Shown piece after piece: positions 51,201 to 64,000 of a stretch of 64,000 nucleotides of DNA. Positions within the stretch are counted from its first letter, which is position 1; every line of letters begins with the position of its first letter. Below the pieces are notes generated by a model. The model made no database searches. It had not been told where the DNA came from and was given only the letters and a program-made list of their open reading frames with translations. Both the position numbers and the translations under genes were made by a program. Source of the stretch: Eledone cirrhosa (lineage: Eukaryota); the NCBI GenBank assembly GCA_964016885.1, contig OZ024744.1, forward strand, positions 15,500,001-15,564,000. Direction: 5' to 3'.

Positions 51201-54200
51201 TCCACCACCTTCCGGTATACATGCTTGACACTATATGCTGGCCACTTCCTTGTGCACATAGCACCTTAAATCCAGGTCCACTCAGAGTAGATACGGGGCA
51301 AACATAGGCTCCGTAAGCTGTAGTGTAGGCAACCCGTCTAGGAGAGCTCCTACTCCGAATAAATTGGTGCGGGGGTAGAGAAGCCCCTAAGTCTAGTAAA
51401 ATGACTTCCCTAGTGCTGGTGGCATGAATAAAAGCACCCAGTCCATGTTGTAAAATGGAAGTAATGATAGTAGCATTCAGTTATTAAAATCCAAGCAAAT
51501 GTGGACAGGGCCCCTGAGTCCAGTAAGACAACCTCTCTAGTGCTGGTGGCATGAATAAAACCACCCAGTCCATGCTGTAAAGTGGTGCTGGTGATAGGAA
51601 GGGGATCGACTCAGTATATTAATGGCAAAAAATTATGAGCACAACAGATAAGCATTGCAATAACTGCGTAAACAGTAATAACACTAACCATGTTAGGGCT
51701 GCACACGGTAGTGAGGTGGTGGCTGGTGCGGCCATGTGCGAGAACCCCCCCCCCCCCCCCAACCGTCATCAAGCAATCGCACAACAACTGTAATAATAAT
51801 GATGTTAATGATTCTAAAACTTTTTCTTTGCAAAAAAGGAAAAATCAACGAAAGATGTCACATCTCTGGGTTGCCACACTTAATGTTGGCACCCTGAAAG
51901 GTAGATCCGGTGAGATAGTGGAGATGTTAGAGAGAAGACATGTGGAGGTGTGCTGCATGTAAGAGGTGAGATGGAGAGGTGCCTCAGAAAGACTAATTGC
52001 AGGCAAACAGTTTAGCTATAAGCTTCATGGGTAGGAAATGATGATGGGTTAGGTGGGGTAGGCATTTTACTGGCTGAGAAGTGGATCAATAAGACAATAG
52101 AGGTAGAATAAGTAATAGAATAATTAAGATTAGGTTAATTGTAGGCAAGAGACTGCTGACAATTATCTTTGCCTATGCTCCCCAAGCTGGCTTAGGTAAA
52201 GAAGAGAAGGACTGCTTTTATGAGCAACTTCTAGAAACAACCACAATGACAGAGGAGAGAGACCTGGTTATACTAGCAGGTGACTTCAATGGCCATGTTG
52301 GACAGTTCCAGGATGGATACACTGTGGTATATAGTCATTATGGTTAAAGCTCAAGAAATGAAGAAGGAGAGAGGCTTCTTGAATTTTGTGATGCAAGTGA
52401 ACTAACCATTTGCAACACTAACTTCAAGAAACCTACCGACCACCTAATAATCTACCAATCAGGCAAGCACATAAGCCAGATTGACTTCCTGCTAACTAGG
52501 CAACGAGACAGACAGATGGTTTCGAATACTAATGCATTCCTCGGGGAAGAATGTACCCCACCAACATAGGTTAGTCGTTAGTGACATCTCAATAAGCAAG
52601 AGACAAAATGAGAGATACAGGAAGGTGTAGAAAAGAAAGCCCTACAGGATGTGTATGACAAGAAAGATGACGATTTAGAATTGTATGGCATAGAAGATAA
52701 CTGGAAGTTCTTGCGTGACAACTTACTGCACGCAACTGAAGAGACTTGTGGCTGGAGCAAAGCTCCAACCAGACAAAAGGTGACTTGGTGGTGGAACATC
52801 ATGGTAGATAGAGCCATTAAAGACAAGACAAGCATGGAAGGATTGGGAAAATGGGGTGAGTAGAGACCAATACTGAGCTACTAAAAGAGAGGCTAGACGT
52901 TAGGTATACTTAGCATGCAGGGAAGCTGAGAGCAGGAGGTTTGCCAATGTTCTGCGATGAGAGGATCAGAGAAGTAAGGTGTTCTGCATTGCAAGGCAGT
53001 GTGTCAGTGTAAATCAGGATGTTGTTGGAGATAAGTGTGTCCGAAATTATGCAGGTGCACTTAGCGTCACTTATACTCAGAAAAAGAAGGCCTGGAAATG
53101 TCATTATGAGAGACTGATGAATGTTGAGAATGAATGGCAGAGAGTGAAACTAGACCCAACAGAGAGACCAGCTATTGAGATTGATGACTATAGGGTCAAA
53201 GAGGCAATTAAGGAAATGAAAACTGGTAAGGCCGCTGGATCATCAGGGATAGTTGCTGAGGTGCTGAAGGCATCAGGAGTAGGAACTAGACTAGTTACAC
53301 ACATCGTCAATCAAGTTATATATAAGTCATACCCAAAGACTGGTGCAACAGTATATTTGTTAATTGTAAGAAAGGTAAAGGGGATGCTCTGGAGAGGAAC
53401 AATTACAGGGGCAGAAAACTGATGGATCAGGTTATAAAGTGACAGAAAGAGTGCTAGCATAACTAGTTAGAGAAAGGGTCAAACTAGATGAGATGCAGTT
53501 TGTGCCTGGAAAAAGTACAACAGATGCCCTCTTCTTAGTGAGACAACTATAGGGGAGGTTCTTAGAGAAGAATAAGCCACTATACTTAGCTTTTGTTGAC
53601 CTAAAAAAGGTCTTTGATAGAGTACCCCGATCTATCATCTGGGGCTCCCTAAGGAAACTAGGTGTTGAGGAATGTCTTGTGAACAGTGCAGAAGAGCTGC
53701 CAGTAAAGTGAGGGTAGGAATGGAGTTTAGTGAGGATTCAAGATACAAGTAGGAGTGCATCAGGGTTTGGTCCTCAGCCCACTCATATTCATTATAGTTT
53801 TCCAAGCTATAAAATAGGAGTTTAAGACTGGCTGCCATGGGAACTTCTCTGTGCTGACGATCTGGTACTTATAGCAGAATCAGTAGAGGAGCTAGAGAAC
53901 AAATTCTGGCCATGGAAACAGCAGTTGGAATCAAGAGGAATGAGAGTGAACCTAGTTAAGACTAAAGTGTTGAGTAGGAGAGAGGACAAAACTCTTGATT
54001 CCATGAGGAAAATGGCCATGTTCTATATGTAGAAAAGGAGTTGACATAAATTCTATAAAATGTACACAATGGAGATCTTGGGTACACAAGAGGTGTAGTG
54101 GGATAGCAGGCAATCTAATAAGAAGGGAAAACTTATATGCAGTAGATGTTCAGTGATAAGCACATTTTTCAAAAGCAAGTAGGATCTATAGAGGTGGTTG

Positions 54201-54559
54201 ATAGCATCCGATACCTAGGTGATCAGATTAGCAAGGGAGGAAGATACTCTGAGGTCATAGTATCTAGAATAAGGACAGGATTGAAGAAGTTTAGGGAGCT
54301 GCCTTCTCTGTTGACAATGAAGGTTTTCTCCCTACAAATGAAAGGTTGATTGTGTGATGCCTGTGTGAGATGCATGATGCTGCATGATGCTGCATGATAG
54401 TGAGACATGGGCAGCAACAGTGGAGGATATGTGACGGCTAGAGAGAAATGAAGCAAGTATGCTCCGTTGGATATGCAATGTCAATGTGCGTGAATGACCA
54501 AGCATAGACGAGTTGAAACTGAAACTGTATAAAATGAATAAACTGTAGTGTGTGGGAGA

Positions 54560-57500
54560 TGTGGGTATGGTGTGGTGTGCGGTGGCTGGAAGCTGGGAAG
54601 TGCTCGACCGGAAGAGTGCTTGACCGGAAGGGTGCTTGGCCGGAAGGGTGCTCGGCCGGAAGGCCCAGCAGATCGGCCTCTCTCTAGTGGTGACCAGGCA
54701 CGGTGTGGACGCGAGTTTTGGCAGCTCCTGGTGTTAATGAGTTGGACGCACGTGGAAGAGGAGAAACCAGTAATGGGATTTAGTGGCGCCTATGAAAAGC
54801 GGTAAGTGAGATAGCTTTTTCTAACCACAAGCTATTTTGGCACTGGAAACTGAGATCTGATTGAAAAAAAAAAAAAAAGCTACTGGAAAAACAGAGAGGA
54901 GTCTGTTGTTTTTTTTTATCACGTACTGCAAGACAAATTAGGATATGGCGACGAGACTACGAACAAGCGAAGCGATTAGGGCATTTACAGGTGAAGGCGA
55001 TGTTGTCGCTTGGCTGCGAAAAGTCCGGCTGGTCGCAAGCTTACAGAAGATAGAAGATGTGGCTGGCCTCATGGCACTGTACCTGGAGGGGGGACGCGTT
55101 GGTACTCTTCCTTGAGTTGGATGAACACAGCCAAAGAGATGCGCAAAAGATTGAGAGGCGCATGATGGAAGCGTTCGCAGAGGGACCGTTAGCCGCTTTT
55201 GCTAAGCTGGCAAGAATTAGATGGAACGGTGAACGCGTTGACATTTTCGCAGCGGAAATACGGCGATTGGCCATGTTGGCTGGATATCAGGTGGAATGCG
55301 AATGCACGGTGCGGTTGGAGTTCATAAATAGATTTCCGGACGACATAGCGGTGAAACTGCAGCAAGTCCAGGGTTACAAAGAAATGGAAATGTGTTCACT
55401 GGTGGAACAAGCCCGGATCATAGCAGAAGATGCCAAGAAGAGTGTCATGGCGATAGCAACTAGAGGCTCAAGACAGCTGGCAGCGAAATGATGAAAGGGA
55501 GGCAACCACGGCACGCGGTCGCCCGCGAACGTTTAGAGGTCGCTGTTATAGGTGCCAGGGCCCGCACATGGCTAGAGACTGTAGAGAGTCAAGGCCGGAA
55601 ATAATATGCTACCGGTGTAAGCGACCAGGCCACATCGCTACTAACTGCGACAAGGGAAATGATCCAAGGGGAACTACTGCACCAGTAGTTACCCCTTACG
55701 AGTAGAGGCGCTGCCCATGGTGGAAGTATTCATGAGGGGAAATCCTCAGCGAGCCCTCGTGAACACGGGCTGTACGATGACACTGGTGACCGCGGGGGTG
55801 GCGCAGAGGTGGAGAGGGAAGAGCAGCGTAAGGGCAGTCGACGGCAGGAAAATTGAATGCCGAGGTCGCAGTGAGGTGGAGATAGTGGTACGGGGAAGGA
55901 AAATAAGGCTTTCTGCCATCGTAGTTGACAACGTGGTGGATGGGATCGGCGTGGTTATGGGCATGGACGCAATTGGCCGTCTAGGAAGCGTCAGTGAACA
56001 ACGTCGGTGTGTCATTTGGCGACGCTGCATCGGTATGCGCTGTGAGTACGCGATAGGAGAACTAGAAGGCCCACGAGGAGAAATACCCCGCTTACACTGT
56101 GCAGGACAAAGACTTCAAGGCCGTGTTCGATGGGCAGCGATGAGTTGTTGAGTGGTACTGGAAGGGAGAACCACCAACACTGAAGACCAAAGTGGGCTGC
56201 TATCAACACACATTGAAGGGAAACATTAGTTGCGAGTTCGAGCGAGAGGTAGAGAGATGGATTGAGGAGGGCATACTGCTTCCCTGAAAGAGGAGGTGAA
56301 GTGCGGAGTATTGCCGTTAATGGCAGTGGCGCAACCCGTGAAGAACATGGTGAGGCTAGTGCTGGACTTTCGGGAGCTGAACGAGCACGTGTCATGCCAC
56401 ACGGGTGGCGAGGTCACGGATGTCTGTGGGGAAACCCTGCGTGAGTGGAGACGCATGACGGGGGGGGGGTTCAGCAATCGTAGATCTAAAGTCGGCATAC
56501 TTGCAATTGCATATAGATGAGAGGCTCTGGCAATATCAGCTGGTCAGGTATAAGGGCCGGACATATTGCCTGACCAGGCTCGGTTTCGGGCTGAGCTCCG
56601 CACCGAAGATCATGGCGGCGTTCTTCAAGACCATTCTGGGAAAGGGTGACAAGATGAAGAGGCCCACTAACTCCTACATTGACGACATCCTAGTGGACGA
56701 GTCTGTGGTGTCGGCGGCGGAGGTCACAAGTCATTTACAGGGGTATGGACTGGCTGCGAAGCCGTCAGAAGCGTTGGAGGGAGGAGCCGCGCTGGGACTT
56801 AGGCTACGGCGAGACAGGACGGGCGTCTTGGTATTCCAGAGGGGAAATGAAGTTCCAGAACTGGGCCCAAGTATGAGTAGGCGGGAGCTTTTCTCGGTGT
56901 GTGGAAAGTTGGTGGGTCATTACCCGATTGCTGGGTGGCTCCGGACGGCATGCAGCTATGTCAAGAGACGAGCGGGAGGGGTGACTTGTAGTGACAGAGT
57001 GGGAGAGAGGATGGTGGCCATGATGCAGGAGATCGTGGGGAGGGTGAAGGCCGATGACCCAGTGTGGAGACGCTGGTATGTTCCCAAATCGCAGAGCGGG
57101 ACTGTATGGTTCGATTCCAGCAGCATAGCGCAGGGTGTCATGTTGGAGATAGGAGGTGTTGAGGTCGAGGATGCAGCCTGGCGTAGGAAGGACGACTGCA
57201 ACCACATCAATGTGGCCGAACTGGACGCAGTGTTGAGAGGGGTGAACCTCGCCCTGAGGTGGGGACTGCGCACCATCGAGATACGCACCGACTCGGCTAC
57301 TGTACTCGGATGGGTGAGATCAGTGCTCACCAGTGAGAAGAGAGTGCGAACGAGAGGGGCGGCGGAGATGCTGATAAAGCACCGCCTGGGAACTTCAGGA
57401 GAGCTGGCCACCGAGTTCGACCTGAGGCTGAGCATAGTTTTCGTGCCCTCAGAGAAAAATAGGGCGGACGTCTTAACTAGGGCGAAGGAAGCCTGGATGG

Positions 57501-58654
57501 AAGCGCCAGAGGAGGTAGAAGATGAGATAGCTGCCATGTGTCGGTTGACCGAGTCGGATCTGAAAGGGTTGCATGACATGCACCACATGGGAGTGGATAG
57601 GAGCCTGTTCCTAGCCAGGAGAATCGACTCGGATGTTAACAGACACAGTGTTCAAAGGGTGGTTAGAGGCTGCATCCGATGTCAGTCCATTGATCCCGCC
57701 CTGGGTGTGCATGAAACGGGAAGCCTCCCAGTGGATCATGACTGGAAACGATTGGCGGTGGATGTAACGCACTACCGACAGGGAACGTACCTCTCAATGG
57801 TCGACTGTGAACCAGGACGGATGGCGATATGGAGGGAGATGAAGACTGGAACGGCCGAGGAAATCATGCGGACGTTGAGAGAGGTGTTCTTGGAGCGGGG
57901 CCCTGTGGACGAACTGCTGATGGACAACAGCGCAGCGGTCCGCTCGGAGGCGCTGAGGGAGATGCTTGATGGATGCAAGGTGGACCGTTTCTTCAGAGCA
58001 GCGCACAGGCCGAGCGGGAATGGAATTGTGGAGCGACACCACCGGACGATCAAGGCAATGGCGGAGCGGAGCCATATCTCACCAATGGAGGCAGTGTTCT
58101 GGTACATGTCCCCTCGGGTGGGACAGGTCGAGGAATCGGTGCCACACAGAGCAGTATTTAGATACGAGTGGCGGCACCCGTGCACACCACCACAACGGCC
58201 AGTGGGGAGAGAGAGTGCATTCGTGCAGGTGGGCAAAGAAGTCTGGGTTAAGCCCAGATGCACGTTGCACATCTCAATGGGGAAAGGGAACGGTGACGGC
58301 CATAAATAATCGCAAAGAAGTCGCAAACCACCAACCTGGACAGCAGACTTTCATATGCAGAAGGACGAGGGGGAAATTGATCCTTGAAATCAGGGGGGCG
58401 TGTGGGTATGGTGTGGCGTGCGGTGGCCGGAAGCTGGGGAGTGCTCGACCGGAAGAGTGCTTGACCGGAAGGGTGCTCGACCGGAAGGCCCAGCAGATCG
58501 GCCTCTCTTTAGTGGTGACCAGGAACGGTGTGGACGCGAGGTTTGGCAGCTCCCGGTGTTAATGAGTTGGATGCACGTGGAAGAGGATAAACCAGCAATG
58601 AGATTTAGCGGGGCCTATGAAAAGCGGTAAGTGAGATAGCTTTTTCTAACCACA
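54560..58654 (+). mobile_element. Compact (4.1 kb) Ty3/gypsy-type LTR retrotransposon
   Basis: LTRs 54560-54829 and 58401-58654 (TG...CA); 5-bp TSD GGAGA; PPT AGGGGGGCG. Confidence 0.96.
54945..58309 (+). pseudogene. gag-pol, disrupted
   Basis: Zinc knuckles CYRCQGPHMARDC and CYRCKRPGHIATNC, protease ALVNTGC (D to N), RT SYIDDIL, RNase H HINVAELDA/TDS, integrase HH-CC, AVDVT/MDN/NGIVER. Confidence 0.92.
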
Positions 58655-58875
58655 GGAGAGATGACTGCATTGGTATGGCTATGTGATGCGCATGGAGAAT
58701 GACTGCTGGGTAAAGAAGTGCCAAGAAATCCCGGTGAAAGGAAGACGCAGTAGAGGAAGACCATGAAAAACATGGGTGGAGGTGGTGAGAGCTGACTTCA
58801 GATCGCTGAGGCTCACAGAGGAGATGACAAATGGAGAGATGCTATGCTGAAGAGGACCCGTCACACACTTGCAAA

Positions 58876-59535
58876 CATCATCATTATCATCATCATCAGT
58901 ATTTATTGTCCATTTCTCCTCACTAGCATGTGTTAGGTGAGTTGTCCCATCGAGAGACTAGCAAAGTCAAATGAACACATCTTGCTCATACAGAACTGAT
59001 TTTGGTTTGGTTTCTACAGCTGGATGCTCTTCCTAACCCCAACTACATTTACAGTGTGTACTGTGTGCTTTTTGTTGTGACATCTACACAACCACTTTAC
59101 AGTGTGGACTAGGTGCTTTTCGTCGTGACACCTACACAACCCCTTTACAGTGTGGACTGGGTGTTTTTGTTGTGACACCTACACAACCCTTTTACAGTGT
59201 GGACTGGGTGTTTTTTGTTGTGAAACCTACATGACCACTTTACAGTGTGTACTGGGTACTATTTGTTGTGACACCTACATGACCACTTTACAGTGTGGAC
59301 TGGGTGTTATTTGTCATGACACCTTCATGACCACTTTACAGTGTGGGTTGGGAATCTTCTCTCTCTTTTTCTTTCTATATAGGAAGGTCATCCAGCTGTA
59401 GAAACAAACCCAAATCAGTTCTGTATGAGTAAGACATGGTCATCTGACATAGCATTGCCCAGAACAGGACAACGCCTCTAACCCATGGTAGTGTGGAAAA
59501 ATGGACTTAGAATGGTGGAGATAATGATGATGATA
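58876..59535. repeat. Head-to-head RTE-UTR pieces flanking a ~41-bp minisatellite (~59050-59350, ~7 copies)
   Basis: Unit ACAGTGTGGACTGGGTG(T)nGTTGTGACACCTACA..ACCACTTT; minus tail at left, plus tail at 59382-59535. Confidence 0.8.
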
Positions 59536-59556
59536 TATACATGGATAGATAGATAT

Positions 59557-62500
59557 ATTTCTTTATTAGCCACAAGGGCGCACAAGAATAGGGGACAAAA
59601 CAAGGACACATGCCAGGGATTTTACATACAATCATGTAAAAATATGAAATAAACAAATATAACAATCGAAATCCTCAATAGGGGGGAGGCGCCACAAATG
59701 GGTTGTTTAATACCCCGTAGATAGAACAACCCTCAACTTCAGGAGTGTGTTGCACAAGTGCTCCTTTCTTCCTTTAGCTCTCTTCTTCAACCTACAGGTT
59801 TATATACAGAGGAGGCCCAATCACTCGTGCCATTTTTGTCACATTTACCCACCTTTCAGTAAATTTACTGGGATGTAGTGCCTCTCTCTCCATTCTGATT
59901 CTCCTTCTAAAGTGGTACCTAAAGAAGGGAATGAGTTGTTGTCCGGAGAGAAAGGCATCTGTCCTCAGTCCTGTCAATCTCGTCCACCATATAACCTCTT
60001 TCACCATAGCCACTATACAGAGGAAAACCGCTCTTTCATTTTTGAAGGAGTTTGACAGTTTGATCCTTACTATGGACTCGGCAGTCAACTGGATTTGTCC
60101 CATACGTAACAGCAGTTCAGCGTAGATCCACAGGTCGGTTACGCCCGGGCAGTGTACAATTGCGTGCAGGGCGGTTTCAATGTCCTGCCCGCATCTTGGA
60201 CACGTCCTCTTGGAAGGATCCCTGCCGGGGCGTCTGTGCCTGTATATCTGGTCACGAACCGGTAGAGCTCCTCAGTAGCACTGCCAGGCCAGGGGCCTCT
60301 GGAAGTTGTCCATAGGTCCCGGGCAGAAAGTCCTACCAAACAGACTGGTGAGTTCGTCGTCTTCGACACCTAGAGTCTTTCCGAGCACGTCGTCGCCCTT
60401 GTGTCGTATTAACCCTCGATAGAATGTCGAAGTGGAGTTTTGACTGATTGCCATGCCTGCTTGACAGAGGACTGTGAGCGCCTGAGCGCATTCAATGTGC
60501 CAAGCACCCATCTTCTTTGGTCTCCGCTTGACCTAGGACTGCAGCTCTGTCAGCGAGTCAAGTTGCGGGAAGGCCTATCTCACAAACGGTGGCCACACCG
60601 GTTGGGGGTCGGTGAGGCATACCTGTAGATGCCATAGCCTCAGTGCATGCTTGCGCATCATCAGCCACGGCATTTCTAGCCCTCTGTTGGAAGAGTGCTG
60701 ACAGCAGACGGATCTCCTCACCAGTGGAGTCTGCTTCTTCCAAAGGATCTGGAAGAGCATGTGTTCAATCTTGGTGAGGTATTCACGGGGACAAGGCACA
60801 ATGGTCAAGCGGTAGTAGATGACGGACACTATGAAAGTGTTCGCCACCTCCGCCAGACCTTTCAAGGATAGTTTGCACTCTGCCCACTTCTGGGTGAGCA
60901 CAAATACCTTGGCCGTGACCTCGTTCCAGTTTTTCTCCACCTGGAGGTCCGGACCGAACCAGACCCTGAGCAATTTCACCGGTCCGTCTGTCCAGTGTCC
61001 GGCGATGCTGTCGGACCGCATCGGTTTGCCTCTCGACGTTCTGAGTTGCAAACCGACAGACTTGTCCAGGCTCAGTTTTGCTCCTGTGAGCCTTTCGTAT
61101 TCCTGCAGTAAGTTGCCGATCACCCCGATTTCCGAGGTTTCCGACATTACTGTCATGTCGTCGGCATAAGCCGCAGTAGTGGCTTGAGAGTCAACACGTA
61201 CAGAATAAAGGAGAGAAATCATCCCTGTCGGATGGAACACGTGATTGCGAATAGCTCTGATAGGTAGCCGTTCACCTTGACCATCGTGCATTGTGGCCAT
61301 ATGCATTGCGGCGATCCAGCCTCTGAAGACGGGTCCGAAACCGGCCGCCTTGATAACCGCTTCCAAGTATTGATGGTCAACCCTATCGAACGCCTTAGAC
61401 TGATCTAAATTGATCAGAGCCCCACCGAAGCTGGGTTTACATCCCACCCTCTCTATGATGTATTGCATGAAGTGGAGGTTGTCGTGTATGGACCTGATCG
61501 AGATTGCACACGTTTGCGCTTTCCCTACCAGGTTCTCGACGACAAGCTTGTTGCCAACACCTTGGCCAAAATCTTTAACTATGTGTTGAGCAGAGTTATG
61601 GCCCTAAAGTTGCTTAGTTCATCCTCGTTGTTCTCGTCTTTCCTGATCAGCATTACTACGCCCCTGCCTGCAGAACTGGGAATTCTCCCGTTCTGCTGCC
61701 AGTTGCAATAGATGACCGAGAGGAGGCCAGAGAACAAGTCCGGCATTCCTATGTAAAACTCATAGGGTAGACCATCTAGACCGGGTGACTTGCGTTTCCT
61801 GCAGTGGTCCAGAGCGTCCCGTGTCTCAGTGGCTGTGATCGGTCTTTCTCAGAACTCGGCGTCCATGTTTGAGAGACGTGGCAGGCTGTCGAGGTATGAA
61901 CCGAAGTCCATTGCCCCATTCGACGTACCGCCACTCTGCTCAAACAGTTGCGCAAAGTGCCGCTGAAAGGCCGCGCGCATCCGCTTGGGGTCAAGTAGCA
62001 CACGTCCGTTTTAGGCTTTCAAACACCGAATCGTGGACTTATTGCCACTTTTTGCCTCTGCCACTCGGGCCCAGCTAACAGCTTTCGCTCCCTCGTTTCC
62101 TAGAGCACGTGATTTACTTCTGACCACGCAGCCTTCATGTTTCGCATCGAAGAACTGGTCCAGTGTCGTTCTCGACACTAAGACTCTAAACGCATTGTCA
62201 CTCCTAAACACCTCCTCTACCTTGTCTACTAGTTCCGTTTCTGTTTTGTATCTCTCTAAGGCTAACTCTCTGCTAAAGTCTATCGACTCTACTCTAATTG
62301 CTTTCTTGAGGGAGTTCCACCATCTGTTGTTGATGATGGCTCCCGTCAATTGTTGCTTGACTAATCTACTTATCTGTTCACTGTAGGCTTTACGTGTCGG
62401 TAGCGACACGTTCAGCTTCTAGTATCCGGGTCCTTCTCTATGTATTCTAACATCGTTGACTATGCAGATGACTAGTTTGTGGTCTGAATAGGCAACCATG

Positions 62501-64000
62501 TGCATTTGTGAACAGCTTAACATCTTGTCTCTCTCTCTAATAAAGAACCTGTCGAAATACGATCTAGATGTCCCGCTGCGGTTTGTCCACGTCCACTGTG
62601 GTGCAGTTGGGAAATCTAGTCGATACATATCGGCCAGTTGGAATTGGCCGATTAAATTTTTGAGACTGTTGCACCCCCTCTACTGGGACATGATCTTACA
62701 TAGTCCCATCGTGCATCTAGGATACCATTCCAGTCCCCCACTAAAAGCAAGGAGTGAGACGTTCCCAGAAAAGACTCTAGATGCTTAAAGAAGTCTGGCC
62801 GTGATTACGATTGCCCAGTTGGGGCATAAACAGCCACCAGTCTGAAGGCTCCACCTCCAACACTGTTCACATCTAGGACTACCAGTCTACCCTCCGGGTC
62901 CAAGTGTACTTGCTATACTTCGACGTTCAGCTTTTTCCGAAACATGACAGCCACTCCACCTGCACCTCCTGGCTGACAGAGAGATGCGTAGATCTCAAAG
63001 TCATTGAAGATGGGGGTTAGTTGCTGCCTGTTGTGGATCCTGGACTCGGTGATGGCTATCACACCCATACCGTGTGACCTAAGGTCATTTAAAAGTTGGC
63101 CCTGTTTCCAGGGCATCCCTAGACCACGCACATTCATGCTTCCAACTCATAAATTAGCCATGTTGGTGGAGAAGAGTTGGCGAAAAAGGATGAAAAGATG
63201 CACTTACCTTTTCATTTCCTGGAGATCGGGTTGTTCAATCTCCATTTGGGTGCTGGTGGGGGTGTTGAGTGGGGTGGGGAAACATTTTAACAGGACGCGG
63301 TTAATGGGCTTTTGACTGGGGTTGCCAACATCCTGCGAAAATTGTTCTTTTAAATTCCGATAGGTTTCTATCGAAACCCTTATCAGTTTTAGGTGTAGTG
63401 AGAGTCTGCCTTGACAAAAGTTTTCCCCTCAGTTTCTACTTTGGGGTCTTGGGAGATGACCTCTATTAGGGTTTTGATGTTTGTGTTAATGTATGTATAT
63501 TGTTGTTTGTTTTTTTGTTGTTTTGGTTTGTTCATTTTGTAGTTTTCTTTTTATGGTGGGCATTTGTGTTTGGGGTGATGTTGGTGTTTATTTTGCTGGT
63601 AGGGGGGGGGGGATTGTGGTGGTGTTTGTGTTGGTGGTTGGTGATTGTTTTTGTGGCTTTGCGGTGTCTCTTTTTTGTTTTTTTTGATTTCCGATGCTCT
63701 CCTTCATCTTCACTTGAGGATGGAGAAGTAGCCTCGTCTGATGATGAACTGGCATCAGGAGCGTGCAGTAGGGGTATGTTGTGTGGTGATGGTGTTTTTG
63801 TGTGTGTGTTTGTCATAGTATTGGATGGGGTGAGACTGTGTTCTTCGGGGGAGTTGTCTGTGTTTTTTCTGTTGTTGTTGGTTGAGTGGCTGTTTGTTTT
63901 GGTGTGTTTGCTTGTTTTGTGTGTTGTTGTTGTTGTGGTTTTGGAGTTGGTGTTAGTAAAAGTACTTTTTGGGCGGTGGTGGTTTTTGTTCGTAAGAGGG
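59557..64000 (-). mobile_element. Tx1/L1-clade LINE, degenerate, continuing past the right edge
   Basis: ORF2 starts near 63161 (MNVRGL...ITES, WTW...SYFDRF, SDHKLV), RT LDQSKAFDRVDH and AYADD; AATAAA at the 3' end next to (TA)/(GATA)n; low-complexity ORF1 tail. Confidence 0.92.

Larger units (their letters stand above)
51225..58875 (+). mobile_element. Full-length, heavily decayed RTE LINE (subfamily B) split by a gypsy element
   Basis: 5' UTR (GGCAACCCGTCTAGGAGA), VATLNVGTLKGRS, RT remnants to 54559, resuming at 58655 through to the C-terminus. Confidence 0.9.

Overview
Repeat-saturated animal genomic DNA, most consistent with a cephalopod/octopus-like genome (inferred from the SINE and RTE families, not proven). 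The only host-gene sequence found is a 95-bp minus-strand exon (21743-21837) resembling adenylate kinase 7, so the window is probably two giant introns. It holds a >10.8-kb 89-bp satellite with higher-order structure that runs directly into, and appears derived from, the 5' end of an RTE LINE. It also holds about nine decayed RTE LINE copies with a PHD finger inside ORF2, two Ty3/gypsy LTR elements with TSDs, a Naiad-like Penelope element (PLE), Tx1/L1, CR1, R4/Dong-like and CRE-like LINE pieces, a Helitron, a deleted Tc1/mariner, tRNA-derived SINEs and mini/microsatellites. The most interesting signal is a set of small non-coding fold-back elements at (TA)n tracts with Penelope-like architecture: one carries a near-canonical minimal hammerhead ribozyme, and two related copies keep near-perfect 116-bp hairpins despite diverged sequence. 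All coordinates were read by eye.
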